A stretch of DNA of 64,000 bases from Alphaproteobacteria bacterium (GCA_965214705.1 CBDCCI010000001.1:1-64000), one strand, 5' to 3'; counted from the stretch's first letter, positions 52,392 to 63,446 are shown. Made by a program: numbers and translations. Notes: generated by a model not told the origin, from the letters alone.

Positions 52392-53526
52392 CGGCTGCTC
52401 CTCTCATGCGAGAGAGCAACCCATAGGCGAGCGCGCCTATACAGTCAAGGGGCAGATCATCGATGCGCCGACGGCCAAACGGCACCGGCGGCGACCAACA
52501 TCAGCACGCACTCAGATCTGGCGGCGGGGTACCTGGGTAGTTACCGCCTGAGAACATCACGCTGCCGGCAAGCGCCAGTCGTCGCGGCCCCACCTTGGGC
52601 AGAATCATGCCCGCGCCCGCAGCAGACATGCCGAGAGAAAAGATCGTGATACTGAACGCAAGCGCCGTGTCGGTGAACGACCAGCCGAGCTGCCTCACGA
52701 GAAGCGTTTGAAAAAAACTCCACGCATAGACGGTCCCGAAGCAAACCTGCAGGACGGTGCAATAGAGAATTGCCGCTGTACGAGAATGAGCCACCGGAAG
52801 GCTATTCCTTCCCGCCCGGCTGCGAGAGCCCGTCCGCCTTGTCTCTATCCATCACCTGCGAGAAGTAGAGGAAGAGGCGCGCAAGCTCTCCCGCCTCGTC
52901 ATTGCGCGCGAGCAGCTTCTCGTTTCCGCTGCTGTCGGCCTCCCGCGCCTGTGCGAGCTTCACCGCAAAGGCGAGAACGCCGTCGACCGGTCTGGCTGCC
53001 TGGCCGACGAGCCAGATCGCGGCGAGAATGCCGACTACGAAGATGATGGAGATGAGATAGATCTGCTGGCTGATCGCTCTTTGGACCTTCAACGCGATCA
53101 GCCCGGTGTCGCTGCCGATGTGGACCGCGCCGGCAACGCCCGCCAGGATCGGACTCGCGACCTCGACGAAATCGCCCATGCCCGGCAGGCTTCGTTCCAC
53201 CGTCACTGTGCTGGTCGGGTCACCGGTCCTGATCTCCTCCGGAATGCCTGGAACGAAGGTGTGCGCCAGAAACTCCCCTGTCTCGCTCGTGATGTAGATG
53301 TAGCTGATTCCCTGAATCTCGACGAACTGGTCGATCAGGGACTGCAGGGCCGTCAGATTCCTGTTCAACAGGATGTCGACACTGGCGTCTGCGATTGTCT
53401 TGGCGATATCCCTGCTGTTCGATTCATATTCTTCGGACAGATGCGTATCGACCGTGTAAATGCAGAGAACCGATGTCGATACGCCGATCACGCCGAACAG
53501 GAAAAATACGCCGAACAGGGTCTTTC

Positions 53527-55686
53527 CCCAAGTTGGCACTTTTTCCGGTTGCTCAATGCCGGTCTGCCCATATTTTGCGGACCGAAGTACCACATATTGG
53601 GGTAGCTCCGAGATGATGCCACTATATGTGTAATTGAGGCGCTGGAAGCGCGTTGTAGTGCCAGGAGTTGTTAGGTATTGACGATTTTCCCTTGACCCCA
53701 GACCCCAAGCCGACAAATCTTGGCCCCTCGCAACAATCTCGCGACGGGCGACATGTTCATCAGGGCAACCAAGACCCACACCACCGACGGCAAGCCCGTC
53801 CGAAGCCATCGCCTCGTGCTCTCCCAGCGCATCGGCGACAAGGTCAGGCAGCGCACGCTCCTCAACCTCGGCACCGACTATCCGGTGCCGAAGGAGAAAT
53901 GGCGCGAAGTGGCCGAACTCGCCGAGGCGCTGCTGCACGGCCGCCCGCCGCTGCTCCAAGCCGTCCCGGACGTGCAGGCCGCAGCCGAGGACATCGTCGC
54001 CAAGCTCAGGGCCAGGGGGTTCCGTGCCGAGGCGATGCAGGAAGAGGCGCGCAAGCCCGAGATCGCCACCGTCGACCTCGATACCCTGGAGCATGAGAAC
54101 CCGCGCACCGTCGGCTGCGAGCGCCTGTGCCTCAAGGCCCTCGACGACCTTGGCTTCGCCGAAATCCTCCACGGCCTCGACATCAAGGGCCGCGACGGAC
54201 GCATCGCCAGCGCGCTGATCGTCGCCAGGATGGTCCATCCCGCCAGCGAGCGTGATACCAGCCGCTGGCTCCGCCACGACAGCGCGGCCGCCGAGCTCCT
54301 GGGCCTGGAGGGCGACCGCAAGGCGCTGCGGCGCAAGACGCTCTACCGCATCGGCGACCTGCTCTGGCGCCACCGGGCCGCCATCCAGAGGGAACTGTTC
54401 AACCGTGAGCGCGCGCTGCTCGACCTGCCCGAGACGATCGCCTTCTACGATCTCACCAACGTCCACTACCACGGCCACACCGACGGCGAGCTTCCCAGGT
54501 TCGGGCGCTCCAAGCAGAAGCGCGACGACTGTCCCCTCATCACGCTGGCGCTGGCGCTCGACGGTGCGGGCTTCCCGCGCAGTTGCGAGATCCTGCCCGG
54601 CAACGTGAGCGAGCCGGGCACGCTGCACGAGGCGCTGGCCCGGCTCGAGGCGGTATGCGGCGGCACGGCGGCGAAGCCCACGGTGGTCATGGACGCGGGC
54701 ATCGCCACCGAGGAGAACATCGTCTGGCTGGGCGAGCAGGGCTACGACTGGATCGCGGTCAGCCGCGGTGCCAGGCCTGCGCCGCCCGAGGGCGGACCCG
54801 AGGCCCTGCTGATCACCAGCGCGCGCCACGAGGTGCGGGCCTGGCGGCTTGCCAGCGAGGACGGCGAGGCGCGGCTCTACGTCGTCAGCGAGGGCAAGAA
54901 GAAGGCCGAGAACGCGATCATCGGCCTGAGGCGGAACCGCTTCGAGGCGGCGCTGCAAAGGCTCCACGGCGGCCTTGCGGTCAAGGGCCGCCTCAAGCGC
55001 TACGACAAGGTGCTGGAGAGCATAGGCCGCCTCAAGCAGCGCTTCTCCGCCGTCGCCAGGCACTACGAGATCACGGTCGAGAAGGCGGACACCGGCCCCA
55101 ATGCCACCGCCGTGCGCTTCAAGCGCAGGCCGCGATACGACGAGGCCGATGAGGGCGCGGGCGCCTATGTGCTGCGCACCAGCCACGTCGACTGGGATAT
55201 CGAGACGGTCCTGCGGACGTACTGGCGGATCACGGATATCGAGGCGACATTCCGAAGCCTGAAATCCGAACTCGGCCTTCGCCCGATCTGGCACCAGCTC
55301 GACCGGCGCATCGCGGCCCACCTGCTGATCGCCGTGCTGGCCTACCACGCCGTGCATCTGATCCGTACCCGGCTGGCCGCGCGGGACATCCACAAGTGCT
55401 GGGCATCGATCCGCGAGAGCATGCGGACCTGGGTGCGGATCACCACGCGCCTGCGCCAGACCGACGGCACCTTGATCGTCAATCGACAGGACACGCGCCC
55501 GGCCGCTGAGGTTGCCGCAATCTCCTCGGCGGCGGGCGTGGACCCCGCCATCCACCGCACGAGGACCCGCCTGCCGAACTGACAGAATCCAACAAAATGT
55601 AGTGCCATGTTGGAACCGGCCGAGAGAAATATCGCGTTACATCAACACGATAAAGGACATGGGTAGGACAAAAGTGCCAACTTGGG
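53527..55686 (+). mobile_element. IS1634-family element
   Basis: IRs CCCAAGTTGGCACTTTT / AAAAGTGCCAACTTGGG; TTTC duplicated. Confidence 0.92.
53753..55582 (+). CDS. IS1634 transposase
   Basis: YDLTN, FGRSKQKR, MDAGI, IEATFRSLKSELGLRPIWH. Confidence 0.92.
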   Translation: MFIRATKTHTTDGKPVRSHRLVLSQRIGDKVRQRTLLNLGTDYPVPKEKWREVAELAEALLHGRPPLLQAVPDVQAAAEDIVAKLRARGFRAEAMQEEARKPEIATVDLDTLEHENPRTVGCERLCLKALDDLGFAEILHGLDIKGRDGRIASALIVARMVHPASERDTSRWLRHDSAAAELLGLEGDRKALRRKTLYRIGDLLWRHRAAIQRELFNRERALLDLPETIAFYDLTNVHYHGHTDGELPRFGRSKQKRDDCPLITLALALDGAGFPRSCEILPGNVSEPGTLHEALARLEAVCGGTAAKPTVVMDAGIATEENIVWLGEQGYDWIAVSRGARPAPPEGGPEALLITSARHEVRAWRLASEDGEARLYVVSEGKKKAENAIIGLRRNRFEAALQRLHGGLAVKGRLKRYDKVLESIGRLKQRFSAVARHYEITVEKADTGPNATAVRFKRRPRYDEADEGAGAYVLRTSHVDWDIETVLRTYWRITDIEATFRSLKSELGLRPIWHQLDRRIAAHLLIAVLAYHAVHLIRTRLAARDIHKCWASIRESMRTWVRITTRLRQTDGTLIVNRQDTRPAAEVAAISSAAGVDPAIHRTRTRLPN

Positions 55687-56014
55687 TTTCGGAAGAGTTT
55701 CTGGATTTTCATGTCAGCCAAACCTGTTTTCCCAACTGTCCAGGGGAACGAAGCGGCCCTCGTCCACAACGGTGTAATAGACCTTGAACGAAGCCGCTAC
55801 GCGGAGTTAGCGGCGTAGAGTTCATTCATTTCCGAGGCGTCGCGGGTGCCGTTTGTTCTGTGCGTTCGCTTCCCGGTTGCGTCAGTGGCGCTCCGCCCGT
55901 CGGGTGGCGGATCCCCAGCAGCCTCCCGATCACCAGTGGTTAGCATCGACCCCTGCGACGGACCGTCGCCGGATCGGTCCGGCGGCGCGCCGTCGCGATC
56001 CAGGGAGATCGATA

Positions 56015-56893
56015 ATGACCGGGACCGCGTGCGACACGAACACCGTCACCCCTCTTCGCCAGCGCATGGAGGAGCAGCTCCGCATCGCCAATCTGGCCGC
56101 GAGCACGTCCAAGGCCTACATCTGCGAGATCAAGAACCTGGCCAGGTACTACGACGCCTCGCCGGACGAGCTCGACGCCGAGCAGGTGCGCCAGTGGTAC
56201 CTGGGGCGGATCGACAAGGGGCTCAGTCCGGGCACGACCAACGTCTCCTTCGCCGCGCTGAACTTCCTCTACATCGACACACTCGGCTGGCCTGACCATG
56301 TCGCCGGCCTGCGCTCCCGCAAGAAGCCCGGCAAGCTGCCGCGCTACATGTCGGAGCAGGAGGTCGAGCACCTCATCCTTGCGACACCCGACCTCCGCCA
56401 CCGTGCTGCCATTGTCACCGGCTATGGCGGCGGGCTCCGCATCTCCGAGACCTTGGCCATCAAGGTCGGCGACATCCTGTCGGAGAAGAAGCTGCTGCAC
56501 ATCCCCTCCGGCAAAGGCGGCACCGAGAGAATGGCACCGTTGCCGGACATCGTCATCCACTACTTGCGCGTCTACTACAGGAACATCTGGCCGCGTCCGA
56601 CGAGCTGGCTCTTCTACGGCGTCTCGCTCGACAGGCCCATCGCAACGGAGACCTTGCAGGCCGCCTTCAGGAGGGCGCGCGACATTGCCGAGCTCGACCG
56701 CAGCTACACCTTCCATTGCCTGCGCCATTCGGCGGCGACCCATCTCCTCGAGCGCGGCGGCGATATCGAGGTGATCCGGGACATGCTCGGCCATCGAAGC
56801 GCGAACACGACCCGTCACTACGCCCGCGTCACCGGCAAGATGTTCGAGGGCCTCGACCACCCGATCTCAGGCTTCGCAGCGTTGCGCAACTGA
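56015..56893 (+). CDS. Tyrosine recombinase (copy 2)
   Basis: Same translation as 15555-16433. Confidence 0.92.
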   Translation: MTGTACDTNTVTPLRQRMEEQLRIANLAASTSKAYICEIKNLARYYDASPDELDAEQVRQWYLGRIDKGLSPGTTNVSFAALNFLYIDTLGWPDHVAGLRSRKKPGKLPRYMSEQEVEHLILATPDLRHRAAIVTGYGGGLRISETLAIKVGDILSEKKLLHIPSGKGGTERMAPLPDIVIHYLRVYYRNIWPRPTSWLFYGVSLDRPIATETLQAAFRRARDIAELDRSYTFHCLRHSAATHLLERGGDIEVIRDMLGHRSANTTRHYARVTGKMFEGLDHPISGFAALRN

Positions 56894-57196
56894 CGGCGCG
56901 TGGAGGCCGAACGCGCGGGCGTGGCGGAGATCTTCCGCCGCGCCGGCGCCGCTTTCCGTGAGCGCCACAAAGGGCGCATCGACGCCGCCCGGCTCAAGGT
57001 CATGGGCGCCATCGAGGCGTGCCGCACCGCCGTGCTCGGCGGCCACATGTACGCCTGCGAGGGCTGCGGGCGGGAGCATCCGCTCTTCAGATACCATGAG
57101 CACGGTGGCACCGAATCGATTCTGGCGGTTAGACAAGCTCGGAGAGAAGGCCAGCACCTTCTCTCCGAGCGGAATCGTCAACAACGGAGTGGACGG

Positions 57197-58393
57197 ATGT
57201 CGGATGGTCCAGACACGACCGCGCTGACAGGCGCAAGTAGTAGCACGATTTATGTCGCGGTGGAGATCAGCCTCAAATCGTGGATCGTTGGCGTGCATTG
57301 CCCGGATGCCTCGGGTGGCAGCATCAGCATCCACACACTGGCTGCTGCCGACACGGCGGGACTGTTGGATCTCGTCGGGTCGGTGCGGGAACGGGTGGCG
57401 AGGGAGCTCGGCGCCCGTCCTCGGGTGATGCTGACCTACGAGGCGGGCTACGAGGGGTTCTGGCTTGCCCGCGATATCGAGCGCCGTGACGCGGAGATCG
57501 ATATCTTCATGAACGATCCGGCGAGCCTGCGGGTGAACCGGCGCGCCAAGAAGAAAAAGACCGACCGTATCGACGCGAGGAGGATGGTTCGGGCTCTGAA
57601 GGCATGGGACCAAGGCGATTCGGAGGCCATGTCCTGGGTGCGCGTGCCCGATGTGGACCAGGAGGATGCCAAGCGCCTGCTGCGCGAGAGGGACACGCTG
57701 ATCAGCGAGCGTACCCGCGTCAACAACCGGATCAAAGGGCTCTTGCAGTTGCACGGCATCTTCGATCTGGCGCCGCGCAAGCCGGACTTCCTCGAACGCC
57801 TCGCGACCGCGCGGACGGGCTATGGGGCGCCGTTGCCGCCGCGTGCGCGGGCAGAGATTGAGAGGGCGGTGGGGATGCTTCGCCTGGTTGAGGAGCATAT
57901 CGAGATGATCGAGGCCGAGAAGAGGGCCCTGCTGAAGGCTGGCCGGAAAGCCCAGGACGCGACCAATCGTGACGGGACGGCGATGATCGCGGCGCTTACG
58001 CGCATCCATGGCATCGGCCTCAATGACGCCACACTGCTGGCTGGCGAGGTGTTCTATCGGGACTTCCGCAATCGCCGGGAGTTGGGCAGCTGGGCCGGGT
58101 TGACGTCGGTGCCGTGGGCGAGCGGAGATGTCGACCACGATCTTGGCATCAGCAAGGCCGGCCCCTCGCATGTCAGGAAGCACATGATCCAGATGGCTTG
58201 GCGCTGGCTGAAGCTGCAACCGGAAAGCGCGATCACGAAGTGGTTCCACGCCTACGTCGCCAGGGATGCCGGTGGCGGGAGGGACCGGCGAGCGAGGAAG
58301 CGGGCGATCGTGGGGGTCGCGCGCAAGCTGCTGATCGCGCTGTGGCGCTATGCCACCCAAGGACTGGTGCCTGAGGGCGCCATCGTCTCCTGA
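57197..58393 (+). CDS. IS110 recombinase (RuvC-like + Tnp20 domain)
   Basis: VAVEIS, YEAG, KTDRIDA, PWASG, GISKAG, VARKLL. Confidence 0.92.
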   Translation: MSDGPDTTALTGASSSTIYVAVEISLKSWIVGVHCPDASGGSISIHTLAAADTAGLLDLVGSVRERVARELGARPRVMLTYEAGYEGFWLARDIERRDAEIDIFMNDPASLRVNRRAKKKKTDRIDARRMVRALKAWDQGDSEAMSWVRVPDVDQEDAKRLLRERDTLISERTRVNNRIKGLLQLHGIFDLAPRKPDFLERLATARTGYGAPLPPRARAEIERAVGMLRLVEEHIEMIEAEKRALLKAGRKAQDATNRDGTAMIAALTRIHGIGLNDATLLAGEVFYRDFRNRRELGSWAGLTSVPWASGDVDHDLGISKAGPSHVRKHMIQMAWRWLKLQPESAITKWFHAYVARDAGGGRDRRARKRAIVGVARKLLIALWRYATQGLVPEGAIVS

Positions 58394-58738
58394 GGGCACC
58401 GGCCGAACGAACGGGAAAATACAGGAGGTTCCGACGTGGTCGGACGCGGCCGCGGAGGATGCCGGGCAAGGCGTGTGACCGGGCAAGAGTTGGGTCGCCG
58501 CTTGGCACCGTTCTACAGATGGGTCCCGCCTCCCGGAACGTCACCACCGCTTGGATGCGGTATTGGGGTCACGGAGCCGGCAAGCGCCGGAGTTCCGAAC
58601 CGGATAAGAGCTGAGCAGCGTGGCGGATCGCTGCGTGGAAACGACGTTCTGCCTGGACATCGGCCGCGGATTCGAGTGGAGAGATTGCGAATGCCATTGA
58701 CGTAGATGAAGCCGGGCCTTGCGGAGAGAGCTCATAAG
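58394..58738 (+). ncRNA. Putative bridge/seekRNA region
   Basis: 345-nt non-coding 3' end with short matches to the target and donor junctions. Confidence 0.6.
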
Positions 58739-60098
58739 AACTCCTGCCGCAACCGCCACTGCCCCACCTGCCAGGGTCTCGCCGCCAACCTCTGGAGCGA
58801 GGAGCGCGCCGGGGACATCCTGCCGGTGCCCTACTTCCATGTGGTCTTCACCCTGCCCAAGGAGGTTGCCGCCATTGCCTTCTGCAACCGCAGGGTGGTG
58901 TTCGACATCCTCTTCCGGGCCGTCGCCGAGACCCTGCGCACCATCGCCGCCGATCCCCGCCACGGCGGCATGCGCATCGGCGGCACCGCGGTCCTCCATA
59001 CCTGGGATCAGAAGCTCCGCTTCCACCCGCACCTGCACGTGGTCGTGCCCAACGCGGGCTTCGACGTAGACAGTGGCGAGTGGAAGACGGGGAGCACCAC
59101 CTTCCTCGCCCCCGTCAAGGTCCTCGGCAGCCTGTTCCGCCGCCTCTTCCTCGAGGAGCTCGCCCGCGCCCACGGCCGGGGGGACCTGGAGTTCCACGGC
59201 ACCGTCGCCCACCTCGCCAATCCCGGCGAGTTCCACGCCACGCTTGCCGCCGCCCGGGCCAGGGACTGGGTGGTCTACGCCAAGCGGCCCTTCCGCGGGC
59301 CTGAGCAGGTCTTCCGGTACCTCTCGCACTACACGCACAGGATCGCCATCTCCGACAGCCGCATCGTCTCCTTCGACGGCGAGACGGTCTCCTTCCGCCA
59401 CCGAAAGCCCAAGGCGCCGGGGCAGAGAAAGCCGCGCTACGGCATCGCCACCGTGAGCGCCGACGAGTTCATCCGCCGCTTCCTGAGGCACGTCCTGCCG
59501 GACGGCATGCACCGCATTCGCTACTTCGGCATCCTCGCCAACGGCTGCCGCGCCAGCACGCTGGAGAGAGCACGCCAGGCTCTCGGCGCCCTCGGCTGCG
59601 CCGCCCCCGAGGGAAGCGTGGACGGCGCTCGGGCCGAGCCCGACGAAGAGCCCGAGATCGGCACCGCGCCCGTGGCCTGCCCCCACTGCGGCGGCGTCAT
59701 GCGCCTCGTCCGCGAAATCCGCCGCCGCCATGAGCCCCGCTCGACGCGCGGCCCGCCGGCGCTGCCGCCGACCCACAGGGGGAAACCGTGAGACGCCCGC
59801 TCGCTTCGGCCCCGCGCAACGGCGCCAAAGCGCCGACGCACGACCGAACCTGTCTCCGCTTGAGCCGGGCTGACAGCCCTCGGCTCACACCCCGCTCAGT
59901 CCTCGCAGCGTGCGCCCGCATGCCTGCCGAAAGACCGGCGCGAGCGTCGATTTTATGCGCAACTCTGCTGCCGGTGGATGCCGCCTGACGCTGACATCAG
60001 CGCACTTTCCACATAGCTCAACTTCGCCTCTCGTGGCCCGCGGCTTCGTTCAAAAGGGTTGGGCAGGCTCTCGAGAGAGAGCCTGCCCAACCCTTAAC

Positions 60099-62190
60099 CC
60101 GAACTTCCGTTAGCATCTGATTGCCGATCTGGCCGGATTTTGCCTGTTTCCGCCCTTTCTGCGCAGTTTAGCGCCCGGTTTGGCGCGAAATTCCCGAAAT
60201 GATCGCCGAAACCGCCGCGATTCGGCGCTCCAGCGCTGGATCACGCCGTCCCGGCGCATCCACCAAAACCTGAATACTAGTCAGTAGATAGTTTTCTCGT
60301 TACGATAATTGCTCCGCATTCCCAAGCCTTTCCGATATGATTGCCGCGATTCGCTAGGCAGATCGATATGCACATCGAAACCACCCGGTCCGGAAACTCC
60401 CGCTGCCACCTCCTCAGACAGTCCTACTGGCAGGACGGAAAACCCAAGAAGCGCACCCTGTGCAACCTCTCCGCCCTCCCGGAACACGCCATCGAAGCCC
60501 TCAAACGCGCCCTCAAGCGCGGACCCGCCCTCAATCCCGACAGCGCCGACGTCGAACTGCGCGCCAGCCGGGCGCACGGCGCCGTCAGCGCCGTTCTCGG
60601 CACCCTTCGCGACATCGGCCTCGACCGCGTCATCTTCCACCGGCCCGATCGCCGCAGGGCCCTCGTCATCGCCATGATCGTCGCCCGCCTGATCCGGCCC
60701 GGCGCCAAGCTGCGCGTCGAGCGCGAACTGGGAGCGGCCGGCACAACCACCCTCGCCGCCCTGCTCGGCGTCGAAGGCGTCAGCGTCGACGAACTCTACG
60801 CCGCCATGGACTGGCTGGGCGCGCGACAGGGCGCGATCGAGCGCAAGCTCGCCCGGCGCCATCTCGGAGAGGACGATCTCGTCCTCTACGACGTGTCCTC
60901 GAGCTACATGGAGGGCAACGCCTGCCCCATGGCGAAGCGCGGCTATTCGAGGGATCGCCGGGGCGACCGCCCGCAGATCGTCTACGGCCTCCTCTGCACC
61001 CGCGATGGCTGTCCGGTCTCGATCGAGGCCTTCGCCGGCAACACCGGCGACCCGATGACTCTGGCCAGCCAGGTGCGCAAGGTCCGCGACAGCTTCGGCA
61101 TCCGGCGGGTGGTGTTGGTGGGGGACCGCGGCATGATCGCGCAGACCCGCATCGACCGCGACCTCGCGCCCAACGGCATCGACTGGATCACGGCGCTGCG
61201 CGCATCCTCGATCCGCAAGCTCGTCGACCGGGGGCATGTCACGCCCGGCCTGTTCGACACCTGGGGCCTCGCGCGGGTGACCACGCCGGACTATCCCGGC
61301 GAGAGGCTGATCGTCTGCTACAACCCGGTTCTGGCGGCCGAGCGCAAGCGCAACCGCGACGGGCTGCTCAATGCGACCGAGACGGACGCGCGCGATTTCG
61401 CCGCGCGCCACGCCGCCGGCGACATCGACCGCGACGAGTTGAACCGTCGGCTGGGAACCTTGCGCCGCCGCAAGATGGCCAAGCACTTCCGCTTCGAATT
61501 CGACGAGGGCAGCGGCACCTTCAGTTGCGAACGCGACCGGGCGTCGATCGACGCCGAGGCCGCCCTCGACGGTCTCTACGTCATACGCACCAACGTGGAC
61601 GAGGACGAGATCGAGGACGTCGAGGCGGTCCGCGTCTACAAGAGCCTGTCACGCGTCGAGCGCGCCTTCCGCTCGCTCAAGACGGTGTCGTTGCGGATCC
61701 GCCCGATCTTCCACTGGCGCGACGACCGAGTACGGGCGCATCTTCTGATCTGCATGCTGGCTTGGTATGTCGAGTGGCACATGCGCCGCAGGCTGGCGCC
61801 GCTGCTGTTCGCCGAGGAGGACGGAGCGCCGCTGTCCGCGAACCCGGTGGCGCCGCCGGAACGCTCGGAAAAGGCCCGGCGCAAGGACAAGCGCCGAAAG
61901 ACGGATGATGGACTTGCGGTGTGCGACTTCCGCGATCTCCTCGGCCATCTCGGCACGCTTGCTGCCACTGAGATCGCCACCGGAACCGACTTCGCCGTGC
62001 CCGCCCTGACCAAGCCGACCGAACTGCAGGAAAGGGCGTTCGCATTGCTCGGGCTGCGGCCCCATCCTGCGCCCGCGCTCACCGAAAAGGGGATGACCAC
62101 CGCCAAACCTGTCCAGTAATCGTCGCTTCGAAACTCGCCGAAACCCCTGCCGCACAACGGTTCTTTGACTATCCCACACTGGAAGTTCGG
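60099..62190 (+). mobile_element. IS1634-family element inserted in the terminus of the IS91-like element
   Basis: IRs CCGAACTTCC / GGAAGTTCGG; 6-bp duplication CTTAAC at 60093-60098 and 62191-62196. Confidence 0.93.
60368..62119 (+). CDS. IS1634 transposase
   Basis: YDVSSSY, RGYSRD, VGDRGM, VERAFRSLK...RPIFH. Confidence 0.92.
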   Translation: MHIETTRSGNSRCHLLRQSYWQDGKPKKRTLCNLSALPEHAIEALKRALKRGPALNPDSADVELRASRAHGAVSAVLGTLRDIGLDRVIFHRPDRRRALVIAMIVARLIRPGAKLRVERELGAAGTTTLAALLGVEGVSVDELYAAMDWLGARQGAIERKLARRHLGEDDLVLYDVSSSYMEGNACPMAKRGYSRDRRGDRPQIVYGLLCTRDGCPVSIEAFAGNTGDPMTLASQVRKVRDSFGIRRVVLVGDRGMIAQTRIDRDLAPNGIDWITALRASSIRKLVDRGHVTPGLFDTWGLARVTTPDYPGERLIVCYNPVLAAERKRNRDGLLNATETDARDFAARHAAGDIDRDELNRRLGTLRRRKMAKHFRFEFDEGSGTFSCERDRASIDAEAALDGLYVIRTNVDEDEIEDVEAVRVYKSLSRVERAFRSLKTVSLRIRPIFHWRDDRVRAHLLICMLAWYVEWHMRRRLAPLLFAEEDGAPLSANPVAPPERSEKARRKDKRRKTDDGLAVCDFRDLLGHLGTLAATEIATGTDFAVPALTKPTELQERAFALLGLRPHPAPALTEKGMTTAKPVQ

Positions 62191-63446
62191 CTTAACCTTC
62201 TGCAAGCCCTGGCGGCGCTCCGGCCCGAACGAGACCAGCTCGCCGATTCCCAAATCGAAATCCCTTATGCTGAAGACGGCCTCCTCCAGCGCACTTCTAT
62301 CCGGCTTGTCGCCAAGACGATCCAATATCTCGACCATCAGCTTGGCGTTGAGGAAGCCCTCCAGACTGACGAAGCTGTGCGAGAAGGGCGTGTAATCCTC
62401 TCTCAGCAATTCCTGCGGTGGCTGAGGATCGTATCGCGCCATCAACTCCTGGTACTGCTGGACAGCAGGAATCCCCACGTCGTGATAGCTAGGAACAACC
62501 TGCGAGTTCACCAGCAGCTCGGTGTAGCGCTCGCCATCGTCACGCCCTTGCGTGATGAGATTGAGAAGGTTCTCGCTGCCGACGAAGGACACGTTGGCGA
62601 TCGGCACGCGCAACCCGAGGTCCACCGCGTCGCGGAGAAACGCGGCGCAGGCGGCGTAGGCCCCGATGCAGATGACCGCATCGGGGCGCGATGCCTTCAG
62701 TATCTCCACCTGATCGCGCATGATGCCCGTGAATTTGGAGCCCCGCCTGTAGGTCGCCTCGCCGACGATCCGCTCGCCGAACGGTCTCAAGGCACGGCGC
62801 ACGCCCGCCCAACCACTGCGGCCGTAAGCGTCAGCCTGATAGAAGACTGCGATGCGCTTGCGGCCGATCCCGACGAAGTTCTGAACCAAGCCGGCCGTCT
62901 CTTGCCGGTAGGAGGCGCGCAAATTGAAGGCGAAGGGGCCGTATGGCGGCTCCCGCTGCGGCTGGGCGCCGGTGAACGGGAAGAAGAGATAGACCTGTCT
63001 CTCCTGAAACTTCTTGAGCATGGGAAGGACGCGCGTGACCGTCGGCGTCCCGACATAGCCGAACAGGGCGAAGACCTCGTCTTCCAGCATCAGGGTCATC
63101 GTGTTCTGAACCGACGGATCGGGCTGATAGCCGTCGTCATAGGTCCTGAGAACGATTCTTCGGCCCCTGACGCCACCGTTGCGGTTGACGTGCTCGAAAT
63201 AGGCACTGGCCCCGCGGAAGAGCTCTATGCCGAGACCGCGGGAAGGACCGGAGAACGCGGCGGACGTGCCCAGCACGATCTCGCTGTCGGTCATGCCGCC
63301 GCGCCGGATGGACGCCAACCAAGACCCAACAGGCAACCGGCAAGGCCGTACCGAAGGACGCTTCTCCTCGTCGGCGACCTCATTCGAGGTATGTCCATCC
63401 CTCCTCGCCTATGCGGCATGCCCGAAGAGTGGCTTCCGGCCTCGCT

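Larger units (their letters stand above)
50068..52544 (-). mobile_element. IS66 (single-transposase, ISBst12-like) element carrying a DNA methyltransferase
   Basis: IRs GTAACTGCCCAGG / CCTGGGTAGTTAC; 8-bp duplication CGCCTGAG at 50060-50067 and 52545-52552. Confidence 0.92.
48993..52794 (-). pseudogene. OFA-type MFS transporter split by IS66
   Basis: GTVYAWSFF...GSVMFSGG joins YMIAGLA...KWFPDKKGLATG once the IS is removed. Confidence 0.88.
52802..55712 (-). pseudogene. Membrane sensor/HAMP protein split by IS1634
   Basis: MKIQKLFR (from 55712) joins KTLFGVFF...; two TM segments and an NDEAGELA HAMP-like motif. Confidence 0.8.
57089..58738 (+). mobile_element. IS110 family, IS1111-type element
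   Basis: Subterminal ATGAGC/GCTCAT 7 nt and 3 nt from the ends; no target duplication; long 3' non-coding region. Confidence 0.88.
56900..59791 (+). pseudogene. IS91-like transposase split by IS110
   Basis: EHPLF (to 57088) joins NSCRNRHCP (from 58739). Confidence 0.9.
55784..62199 (+). mobile_element. Tyrosine recombinase + IS91-like element, copy 2, containing IS110 and IS1634 insertions
   Basis: Near-identical to 14000-16664; the empty site GACCTTCTGC restores the binding-protein gene. Confidence 0.9.
55714..63398 (-). pseudogene. Periplasmic binding protein (LivJ-like) with Tat-like leader, split near its C-terminus by nested elements
   Basis: ...RQGLQKV (62200) joins YYTVVDEGRFVPLDSW (55780-55714); leader TRRSVL is one base out of frame with the body. 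Confidence 0.82.

Noticed and set aside
52802-55555. 917-aa ORF as a single protein
   Set aside because: Antisense of the IS1634 transposase running by chance into the HAMP gene; the true start is at 55712
56900-58393. IS91-IS110 fusion transposase
   Set aside because: In-frame read-through created by the IS110 insertion; the IS110 has its own ATG at 57197
14000-62199. Inversion between the two inverted element copies
   Set aside because: Each copy's own flanks rejoin into a single gene, so no exchange has occurred
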